64,000 nucleotides of DNA, taken from positions 2,046,001 to 2,110,000 of the forward strand of contig OZ210884.1 in NCBI GenBank assembly GCA_964658305.1. Reading direction: 5' to 3'. Below the pieces are notes generated by a model. The model was not told the origin of the DNA and made no database searches. It was given only the letters and a program-made list of their open reading frames with translations. This stretch comes from Leptogorgia sarmentosa. Taxonomy: Eukaryota. The translations under genes were made by a program, and so were the position numbers. Positions 54,101-64,000 of the stretch are shown here, piece after piece (the first letter of the stretch is position 1; each line of letters starts with the position of its first letter).

Positions 54101-56543
54101 GCACACAAACCTGTTAAAATAATCGACATTTCATTTGAGTAATCGATTTTTCTGCTATGTTTTTTTTGTTCTTTATAGGTTTCCAATTACATTGATGAAA
54201 GTTCTGTGGGTGGTGACTTAAGTCAAGTGAAAAGTGTCGAACGTAAGGCAGCGGGGGACTCAGATTGGGATTCTGGATACGGTGGTGACTCGGGAGGCGG
54301 TGGGACAGCCAGGATGCTAGGGTAGGTAAAACGCTCATTTGAACCATTTTTCCGACAAAGGATGCGGCGCAACAGGTGAACGGGAACCATGACATTCCGT
54401 ATTCAGCGCTCGTGGGGTAAAGTACCATTACCATGGTATACGTCTCAGATCATCCAATATAATTAAATCAACTCAAATCTATATGCTATACTTTCTTAAT
54501 ATTTTGGAAATAGTTGAATTGAAGAGGAAAAACAATTATTTTTTTTATACGTACCCGAATATCAGTGTTCTGTCACCGATTTGCTTCCATACTTGTTGTT
54601 CAGGATATGAATTCATCATTGTTCCAATTTTTTTGCTCTTAATTAATGCAATTGCAATGATGATAGATTTTCGCAGTCAAATAACGTAGAATTTATTGAA
54701 TCTATATTATATTATATATGATGCAAATTTCAAAGATCTTTTGTTCCTTTTTTTACTCGTCAGACAAATCGACAAACGATTTGGTGTCGTTACATCATTC
54801 AAGGGCACTTACGTAACCAATGGATGGTCGGTTGAGTTGTCTCCTTTTAAAGGAATTACAAATGTTGGTAGGTTTGTCTACATTTTTTGTACCTGTCCCT
54901 GTTGCTTTACATGTAAACAGCGCGTGGAATTTTCACCACATATTAACCGCTACTATCGACTACGTTTGAGATATTTATTTTTGAAATATTTTTGTTCATT
55001 TGTTTACATTGCTGTTTGCCCGGTAATTATTGACAGTCACTTTCTACTGGGTTTTTCGATATCAAATCAACCGCATGTTATTGCTGCACATCAACCTTGA
55101 TACTCTCGTTCCTTTAAACTACGCGTTTAATTTGTAGTTAAATGGTAGTTAACTCTAAAGTACGGGTTTCTAATTGCATGGCTAACTTTTGCACTAAATA
55201 TAGAACAAGGCAAGGGCGTGACGAACGATTATTACGCTGAGTATTACGGTTTTACTTTCTTATTAGGAATTATAACCTTGAACGTAGTCAAGGTTTGCGT
55301 TGGGCGTTGAGTGTAGCTATGCAGTGATGTTATTAACTGAACATAGTGGGCTGACCTACAAAATTACTTAAAAATAATTATTCCTGTAGAAATTCTCCCC
55401 TTATTCAGTACATGGCGTGCTAGGTATTCTCTTCTTGGAGATGGACATAGGTGATAGCAATGCGGTAGTAGGTCGAGGAAGTTGATGCCTATGAGCGAGA
55501 CCATGGTTGGCGCCAAGTGAAAAATTTTTAAGAATTTGTGGTTTCTATTTTCATCATCGGACATTGAATATTTTCGGTCTTATGTTCAACGTTTTTTGTT
55601 AAGAATTTGCAAAATATGTCTACTTTTCTTGAGACATGTTCTTTTGGGTATTTTTTTGAATTTTAGTCTTGGTTCCGTCTTAATTGACCTGAGATTGTTA
55701 CGAGTTTTTCAGTTACACTATTATAACACCGCCCCCCCCCCTCCCCACGCGTCGCAACGTCCGTGGTTATTCAAGAGAAACGGCGCCAAACAACTGCTAA
55801 TGTACAGCTAACGATGAAATTTGAACTGCTTAAGTATGAATAAATATACTCAGCATATTCATTTATGCTGCTTATCGAAATCAGTTTTATTTACATTATT
55901 ATATGGACAAGGGTAGCTTATTGGCAACAGGAACCATACATCACTACATCAGGTACACGAGAGGCGTATTTTTTGTATGGACGTTATTTTTGTAGTTTTT
56001 CTTCAAAATTTATCGCTTTTTACTAAGGGGTTATATCGGCGTTATCAATTTTTACGAAAATATCAGTGCCAATTAAGTATTTCCTCAGTACTTTTGATCG
56101 AAAATATAATATTACCTTTAATATTTGAGTAATTCGTTTAACCGAGGAAAAATCAATTTTACAAACTTTTCAGAATTATTGCGGGGGCAGGAGGGGTGGC
56201 GTCACATCCTCCCACGCCCCCCCCCCCTCCCACGCCCCCCCCCCCCCGTCGTCACGCCCCTGCCGCTACGTTTTATGCCACCGGCACCAGGTTTGATATG
56301 AATGTTTTTTTTCCCAGATTTTCTACTCATCATGTATATAAAAATATGAATGTTTTAGGAGCATTTTTTTCTAGAATAATAACATAAATTAAATAATAAT
56401 TTCTTTAAATAAATTTTTAAAAATTACTATGTATTTCTCTCTAGCTTATTGTGGTTATAGGGGATGTAAAAATGGCGGACGCTGCATAGGACCCTTCGTG
56501 TGCCGCTGCACGCCAGAGTGGACTGGAGACAAGTGTGAAAGTG
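51158..56543 (+). CDS. Putative secreted protein: signal-like exon + uncharacterised domain + EGF-like exon; exons 51158-51251, 53133-53413, 54179-54321, 54764-54867, (unresolved), 56461-56543
   Basis: The first four exons are open and phase-compatible: MARIMDIIFCRRVFILIILK...EVHVLAVYEV...RPIVLVLGSHEPVNWILNIP...GYGGDSGGGGTARMLGQIDKRFGVVTSFKGTY. The EGF exon reads GCKNGGRCIGPFVCRCTPEWTGDKCES. A phase 1-to-2 linking exon was not identified with certainty. Confidence 0.65.
51289..51785 (-). mobile_element. hAT-like MITE, independent insertion of the 4486-4934 family
   Basis: Same TIRs, opposite orientation; TSD attttatt / attgtatt. Confidence 0.9.
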
Positions 56544-57037
56544 GTAAAATTTATTGCAATGCTTTCAAGCGCTTTACTGCATCGATGAAATTGAATACAG
56601 AATGTTAATTTGAAATTGATCAAATTTTTTTTTCTTAAAAATCTTTTCGCACACTCCCCGCTCCCCTGAATTAACGCTTTAGCCATAGGGCCTGATGAAA
56701 AGTGCACTATCAATGCTCCTTTTCTCCTTTTTTTCTAGAAGTGAGCAATGGAGATGATACAAAAACAAGTGCAAGTGATGAACGACTATATTACCTCTTT
56801 TTTATTTCAGTCCCATTGATTATTGGCCTAGGTAACGACATAATATTTATAAAATTTTGCAAATTGTTTTCACTAAAGCATTATTCAATTTGTTATAACC
56901 AATTAGTTGTTTGCCATTGGTTGTTAACCAATTAGTTGACGCGGAAATGGCGAAATTTGATCTGGGAGACATATAAGATTTAGAAATATTCCAGTCTTAG
57001 GTTGATGTGTTACCGTAATTTTATCTTGCTGTAATGC

Positions 57038-57120
57038 AGGATGTAAAAATGGCGGAATCTGCGTAGGACCCTTCATATGCCGGTACACATCAGAGTGGAC
57101 TGGATACAAGTGTGAAAGTG
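57038..57120 (+). pseudogene. Decayed duplicate of the EGF exon
   Basis: GCKNGGICVGPFICRYTSEWTGYKCES: one Cys lost and donor GT changed to AT; the downstream intron sequence is also duplicated. Confidence 0.75.
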
Positions 57121-58017
57121 ATCAAATTTATTGCAACGCTTTCAAGCGCTATTCGCAGTATCGATTGAAAAATCGTGTACAAGAGAAAAATCGTGCACAC
57201 GTTGTTCGATTGCACGTCGTTTGGGCAAATGTCACGTGATAGCAGACAAGCAATTACGTTTCTACATAGCATAATTTTTATGATTTATCTCCTTTCCAAC
57301 CAATCTACGGATAAGAAAAAGGGTGCCCATTGCTTTGATGGTTACATGCACGGAGCAAAAATGGAACATTTATAATTAATTTATAGAGAATGTGATTTGA
57401 TTTCGGATTCCCGTCCATGGATTCCCGTCCATGGACTCCCATTCCCCACCATTGGATTCCGGATTCTCTCCATGGATTCTCTACATGAGCAATAATCTCG
57501 CAGCCGCGTCGCAAAAGTTGCCATTGAAACCAGGGATCAATGTGCTAATTCGCCTGCATAACAGCACACTGGCCAAAATTCAACGAATTTCATCGGCTGC
57601 CTAAAATAGCCTTTGCGGTTCCTGCTCAAACAATGCTTGAGTAATTTGATATTTTCGGTAATCGTTGCAGAAAGTTAAATGATTTCAATTTTCGGCAACG
57701 AATGCAGAACGCTTCAGGTTACAATTGCGTTGCCGTGCTAGGTGTGACTCACAAGCAATTTTATCACTCGCGTGAGTAACGCAAAGAAATTTGACCCATG
57801 GCGTTGCCGGCGGGAGAAAGAATTCATACGTGTATCCTGCATGGCCTTTACCATGAGTCTGGATTGCGGATCCCTAAGATATTAGGGGCCTGGATAAAAT
57901 TTTCATGATTCTGGAGTCCAAATCTGAATAAAGGCGGATCCCGAATTATCTCACATGGTGCGACACCTGCCATTACTATTTATACGCTGTTGCTTTGACT
58001 TGCAGCGCTCATATGTA

Positions 58018-58270
58018 CAGGGGGTGGAGAAAAAAAATTGGCCCCCAGAACAATTTGGTTTTTACTGAAAAATATCTCTCTCAAGTAATCGGGAATGCAG
58101 AACCCCGTTTGGTTTGAGTACGACCTAAGCAATTTAATAAATCTTTCAACCTAAGCAAATTTAAATCTCAAAATTTAAATCCTCTTTAAATCTGCAAGGT
58201 TGTGGAGCTTGCCGCTCATAAACAAATTGTTCTGGGGGCCACTTTTTTTGTCCCCCCCCCCCCCCCCCTG
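58018..58270. mobile_element. hAT-like MITE
   Basis: cagggg...aaaaaaattggcccccagaacaattt / aaattgttctgggggccactttttttg...cccctg; flanks catatgta / tatatgtt. Confidence 0.65.
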
Positions 58271-60459
58271 TATATGTTACTATATCAACAGAATTTGCTA
58301 CATTCAACGTGGCTGTAGCTGGATAATTTATATTTTTTTCACAGGCTTTATGGCTGATAGACGTCTTAAACAACGAGACAGAAGAATGACTCAACAAAAT
58401 CAACCGTTTCGCAATCAGAATTTGATTAATCTTAACCAGCAATACAACGAAAGGCGCTAGAAAGAAAAGCTGGAGGTTATACGTTGGTGTATCATTTCTG
58501 AACTGTTTCAATTGACGCTGAATTTCACGAACACTTTGAATTTCAGTTGTTGCTGTTTGTCTAAAATCCGTTCGATGAAAATTTGTGGTGTAAACGGGTC
58601 TTCACGCAAAATTTAAAATTCAACTAGAAATACATACATGCATGCAGCCTCCCCTCTCTCGCCTTACTACTAAAACCATATTTAGGCCAATATCCGTTCG
58701 TATTCTTTTACATCTAATGTTCGCTGGTATTTTAAAATACAAAAGCAGTTTTGCATTTACAAAACGTTAAATTTCTAAAATTAATGCGGCTAAGATGTTA
58801 TATGTTATATGTTAATGTTAGAATGTTATATGCAAACAATAAATACGCTCATATCTTGCATTTCAATTCATTGTTGTTTCTCATGGCCTTTCAAGAGTTT
58901 TTATACTAGTCTTCCAGCAATAGTTTTCGTCTTTGTTTTCGCCCATTCGAAAGCCTTTATTTTTCATCGACCATGGTATCATATTTTCGTGATCACTTGT
59001 CATTACTGATCATCAACCTTGAACTATGACCCAAATAGACTCCGCTATGCTGTCCATTACGTCGGTCTAAATAGCCGTGCGGAATTATTACCCTTGCCTC
59101 GGGCTTGCGTTTGCGCCCTGGCTCGGAGATTACTGACCCCACTAAGCCTTGCCTTTAATCGGTATAACGTCAAAGTGTCGAAACTATAAAATATCGCTTT
59201 TCGCCAACGATAAGAAACATAATCAAACATTCACGTTGACGCAAAAATCAATCAAATATTCAATTGTCACCAATAATGAAAGATAAGCTAAGTCTTGAAC
59301 CTCTGAGTCTATCGAACAGTCACGCTAAAAAATGAGAGAATAATTATAATGTCAAATGCAATATTAAAAATTTAAAATGCTCGAGACTCAGAGACTGGAG
59401 GCTGGCCGGCAGCAGTGGCAGATGTTGCTGACAGCTGCATGTAAAGATACAAACTCGGCTAAAAAAAGCATCCAATTCTGGGCAGAAACGTGAATGCTTC
59501 TCAGCTCCTGGATAACTTTTACAAGGATAGTTTTAAACCCGAGCTGAGTTTCAATCCTTACTCAGGCTGACTGAAATTAAATGTCAGCCGGCCCAGCCTA
59601 GCAAAAAAATAATACTAACAGGATAAATGTCTTTGTTACTTTCTACCCGGTGCTGAAAAACCTCCATGTATTTAAATCCTTAAGCATTCACATACGTATT
59701 TCCTGAGCGTCTGATAAAAAGTATCGATATATGCTTTAGGCGTATGGCAGCATTGTCAAATTTAACCTACAACAATATGGTCGTGTGGGATATAATTATT
59801 ATTATAATACTGTCTATATTAATTTTGTTCAGGCGATTATGTACACTACATATTCGAGAGTTTGTGGCATGGTATCGTCTCTATACACTCGGGTATATAG
59901 ACATAATTTGTAGAGGCCTTTTGACCACTCGGCAAAATGCAACCTTACACCCCCTCCCATTCAAACAGGTTTAGCGACCCCCCTGATTAGGGGTTGTATT
60001 GAGTTCCTATGTTGGTTTCATTTATTTATGGTTTCGATGAGTGTGGGTGGGAATTAACGTTGGAACTCGTGGCGCTAAAAGACAGCACGAATAACATGCG
60101 TGTGGCTCATGTTATAAACCCAATCTATTATGTTTTCTTATTGGCTGACGTTAATTGATGTACAAGTGCGTCCTATTGTCTGAGGATGCCCGTGGACGTA
60201 CAGCGAAATGGTTCGCACTTTGACCAAAGACAATGCCGACAGTCGTCAAAAACAGATGTTTATCCCACTCCGTGCTTTCAACATGACGCCTCATTACTGA
60301 ACCGAATTTAATTGTTTTAAAAATTGGCTCTATTAATATTGGTACAACCGAACTATTGAAATGATCATTTCTTTTAAATAGCCAATAGGTACAACAGAAC
60401 TCTAAAGCATGGCTTTCTTCCTAACCATTTGTGCAATCTTTTTATCTTTAAAATTCCAG

Positions 60460-60731
60460 AACCAGGAAATTGCCTGGTAGAAAACGCTTTCTTTCGTGTG
60501 GTAAAACAATCATATTTGGCGAATCATGTCATCGCGACAAAACAGGCAGACAGCGAGTTGGAATGTAGTTGGCATTGCATTGCAGATGGAACTTGCGTGT
60601 CAGTGAATTTCAAAACGTCTGGCAGCAGTAAAGGTCGATGTGAGCTCAATGATAAGACCCCGAATGAGATATCTGATCATGAAACTACGCAACATCCAGA
60701 ATACAACCATCTGTATATCATGATACTTGAG
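60460..60731 (+). CDS. PAN/apple-domain exon (possibly part of the upstream EGF gene)
   Basis: YLANHVIATKQADSELECSWHCIADGTCVSVNFKTSGSSKGRCELN with PAN CxxxC...CxSxN...CxL spacing; ttccag acceptor and gttagt donor; phase 1 entry matches the EGF exon exit. Confidence 0.75.
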
Positions 60732-61800
60732 GTTAGTTTTGTGACTTTCCGTTTGTTGGTTATAACGCATGACATTGCCAGAGCAGCCGGAAATAGTGCA
60801 CGTATAAACCTTTACATATCCATGTAGGTATATATACAATGGCTGTATAAAATTCGTTTTGGAAAACAAAATAAGCACTAAGGTATACAGTTGGAATAAG
60901 GGAGATGACTTCGGTGTATCTATTTTTGAGTCTAAAATAAGAATATCTTGGATGGTTTTACAAACTAGTTTAGACGCCAAATGCATTGGGTCTTTGTTTT
61001 CTTTAAGAAATTATAAAGATATCACGAAAAAGCCATATCTGTACAGACCATTATTCTTTTACTAACCGGGATATCTCCGAATACTTAAGAACTTGCCCTT
61101 CTTGACTGTCGGGGTTTTTTGCGCGTCGTTTTAATTTTTGCAATTCAACAAACATTACGTGGCGAATTTCGTGAAGTAGCTACAAAGATAGTTTTTAGTG
61201 TTCTTTGATTCATAAGAATGAAGCGAATACATATAACGGAGCAAGTATATTGAACTATTGATGATCGGTTCAATTATATGAACATCCGATCACCGGCAAT
61301 CGCCGGCTATTTTCCAAGTATATGCCTGTTTTTTTCATGTTAACCGAGAGCTTACTGCGATTACTGCGATTGTTTACAAGCATTGTTAGTAGTGGTAATG
61401 TCGCACATCACGAAATGCATCGATTTGCTTTCTTAATTCAAAAGATTGAAAATTTGAACCTTTCAACAGTTTGAAAATAATATAAGTCAGTCTAAACTGT
61501 TGAGCATCGAGTGTAGTTTCTTTTTAGGTTTCCTCCATACTTCTGGAGATAGCTAGTGTACTGAGTCTATTTTTGTGCATGCAGAATAAAAATTAATAAA
61601 AGATCATTAGTATATAAGCATGCATGACTGACATTCTCCAGCTGGGTATACATGCATACGTATTGATCAATCATTTGATTGTCATTTCATGACAATTCAG
61701 ATGGATCATCTTGTTTTCAAGAAAATTCGATTGCTCTCCGCCCAACGCACATACTTGAAAAAGCGAAACACTATTCGCAGCAGTTTTCGAAGTGATGAAA

Positions 61801-62739
61801 ATGGATGTTTCTCGCAATCACCTGCTTGGTTCCATGCAACTTTTCGTCACCGCAGTCGGGACAATTGGTAACTTTCTGGTTATTTTTGTCATCCTTTCTA
61901 ATCGAAGCCTACTTAGAAATATTCATTATTACCTTATCTTACACTTGGCAATATGCGACTTCTTTACTCTCATGTTTCCAACATCACTTATATATCATGC
62001 TTTCACTGGCAACTTGATGCTCAACTCGCAAGTGTTGTGCAAACTCTGGCGACCAGCCCATGCAGTTTTCTACAACGCGGGAGTTCTATTTATGGTTATT
62101 ATATCTGTAGTCCGTTTCCAAGCTGTTCTAAAGCCTTTGGAACCTGGCATGCGTCGTTGGAAAGTGAAAATACTGGCTATGTCTGCTTATATATTTGCTA
62201 TAGTTTGGACAATTCCTCATGTTCTGGTCCTAAAAATGAATCACACAAGCGAATGCCTAGATGAATGGCCAGTCGAAGAGTTAAATATTTGCTACACTTT
62301 ACTTTTATCAGCCGTACAGTATTTTCTTCCAGTGGTTGTTCTTTCAACTTTGTACTGGAAAATATGTATCGCGCTTGTGAGGCAAAACAGAGAAATAAAA
62401 CTGTTACGTGCTTCACCTCCAGTGTCAGAACAACAATACTTGTCGCGGTATCAAAGATTTAGACAGCATAGAAATGCTCGCACATTTTCAATCAGTTTTG
62501 TTATAGTAATTTGTTTCGCAATGACCGCCGCTCCGAGGCAGATCATTCAAATTCTAGGTAACTGCAAGGTCATTGAGGTCGTGCAATTCTTTGGAGTATC
62601 TGCAGTGAATCCATTTATCTACGGAACGCTGGACAGAAAACTTTTCGTTTCTCTTATGAGGAACCTGAGAAAACTAGTACATATACGATGGCCGAGAAGG
62701 GCCATTACTATTTTCATGTCATTTTTCCGCAGTGATTGA
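61801..62739 (+). CDS. Intronless rhodopsin-family (class A) peptide-receptor-like GPCR
   Basis: TM1 GN, TM2 LAICD, TM3 Cys and ISVVRF (DRY-equivalent), TM4 W..P, ECL2 Cys, TM5 FLP...LY, TM7 NPFIY. The last 17 aa derive from an inserted transposon. Confidence 0.88.
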   Translation: MDVSRNHLLGSMQLFVTAVGTIGNFLVIFVILSNRSLLRNIHYYLILHLAICDFFTLMFPTSLIYHAFTGNLMLNSQVLCKLWRPAHAVFYNAGVLFMVIISVVRFQAVLKPLEPGMRRWKVKILAMSAYIFAIVWTIPHVLVLKMNHTSECLDEWPVEELNICYTLLLSAVQYFLPVVVLSTLYWKICIALVRQNREIKLLRASPPVSEQQYLSRYQRFRQHRNARTFSISFVIVICFAMTAAPRQIIQILGNCKVIEVVQFFGVSAVNPFIYGTLDRKLFVSLMRNLRKLVHIRWPRRAITIFMSFFRSD

Positions 62740-63613
62740 ATTTCACAGTGTCATTTTTTTCTGCGTTGTCATTTTTTTCGCAACGAGTAAAATTTCACAA
62801 TGTCATTTTTTTTTGCGTTGTCACTTTTTTTCGTCACGAGTTAAATTTCGCACGAGATTTCGGTTACAGATCAAAACAACTGCATGTCAACAGGCCAAAA
62901 TGTCTGAGGAAAAGGTACGTATTAAATCTATGCTTTATTGTGTTTACTTTAAAGGCTTTATTTTTATGGCCATGGCTGCCTTATAGTTTGATGATTTCCT
63001 AGCAAACAAGAAAGTACTTTTGTCGTCAATAAATAGTAATACATCAGTGTGGCAATGATTAATACGGGGCCGTAATCGTAAATTCACCCATTTTTAGTTT
63101 ATTGGATTCTAGACACCGACATGTGCGCAATAAATTGAACGTAACGGTAGAGGGCTGCCATCAGGTTGTACTTGCTCACTTTGATAATCGCATAAGTTCC
63201 AAATCAAACACAAAAGACGAAGAAAACTATTGCGTAAATCATCAAACTAAAACAGCCATGGCCATAAACACGATAGCCAGACCTTAAAATAAAGCCTTTA
63301 AACTCAATAAAGCATAGATTTAAAACGTACCTTTCCCTCAGACATTTTGGCCTGTTGACATGCAGTTGTTTTGATCTGTAACCGGAAACTCGTGCGAAAT
63401 TTAACTCGTGACGAAAAAAAATGACAACGCAGAAAAAAATGACATTGTGAAATTTTACTCGTGGCGAAAAAAATGACAACGCAGAAAAAAATGACACTGT
63501 GAAATTTTACTCGTGGCGAAAAAAATGACAACGCAAAAAGAAATGACAGTATGAAATTTAATCACTGCGGAAAAATGACATGAAAATCGTAATGGCCCTT
63601 CTCGGGCATCGTA
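62684..63613. mobile_element. Foldback transposon/MITE, 930 bp, long TIRs with internal ~52-bp tandem units, 6-bp TSD tacata
   Basis: tacgatggccgagaagggccattac / gtaatggcccttctcgggcatcgta; arms of about 290-340 bp; tacata at 62678-62683 and 63614-63619. Confidence 0.88.
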
Positions 63614-64000
63614 TACATATATGTTGATACTTATTTTTGTATAAACACGTAGGCATGCCTGGGTTCGTTATGCCCTTTATATGCGAAAAGGGACATAATG
63701 AGAGAAATTGTTTCAAGGTAAAAGCGAAGTTTTGCCCCAGTTGTATGCATGCTCACCTCAAGACAAAAGCTGTATCAGTTGTGTCATTATGAAAAAGATG
63801 CACACAGTCTGGAGAATTGTTGCGATATTTCAATATGTTATATATACATGTACATCAGTTCCTTTGCCCATATGAATACTTTTGTGTTAAATATATTACA
63901 ATATGTGTACATCAGTCTCAAAATGCCAGCTGTTTGGTATTTCACTCAAATTAAGCCATCCAGATTATCATTATTATGTTAGCTACTCCTAACTTATGGT

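Noticed and set aside
55211..56262. Possible hAT element bounded by caagggcgtgacga / tcgtcacgcccctg
   Set aside because: TIR-like match but no TSD, so the two ends may be unrelated.
16889..62739. Decarboxylase, DD3-3 and GPCR as one functional amine-signalling cluster
   Set aside because: Only proximity supports it; the GPCR lacks the TM3 Asp typical of aminergic receptors, and no tailoring enzymes are in the window.
62732..63531. Several Phe/Cys-rich ORFs on both strands
   Set aside because: Translations of the internal tandem units in the foldback element's arms.

Overview
AT-rich, intron-containing animal DNA with no prokaryotic features; the gene content and MITE types suggest a cnidarian, possibly an octocoral (inference). 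(1) A very young composite Penelope-like retroelement (PLE; RT + C-terminal GIY-YIG) at 10143-15648 sits inside a (TA)n microsatellite. It has a truncated inverted copy, a partial tandem copy and a full 2396-bp unit, each with a minimal type I hammerhead ribozyme. A decayed relative lies at 36234-37424. (2) A 4-exon pyruvoyl-dependent decarboxylase gene of the fungal/bacterial PSDC (PsiD-like) type lies at 16889-20303 (+). (3) An 11-exon DD3-3-like secreted-protein gene lies at 21899-45674 (-); its last two exons are duplicated about 19.4 kb downstream with intact splice sites. (4) A partly resolved gene has a signal peptide, an uncharacterised domain, an EGF exon and possibly a PAN exon (51158-60731, +). 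(5) An intronless class A GPCR has had its C-terminus rewritten by a foldback transposon. Many MITEs, some nested, and several local duplications fill the rest. Exon models were assembled by eye from splice sites and phase compatibility; no database searches were run.
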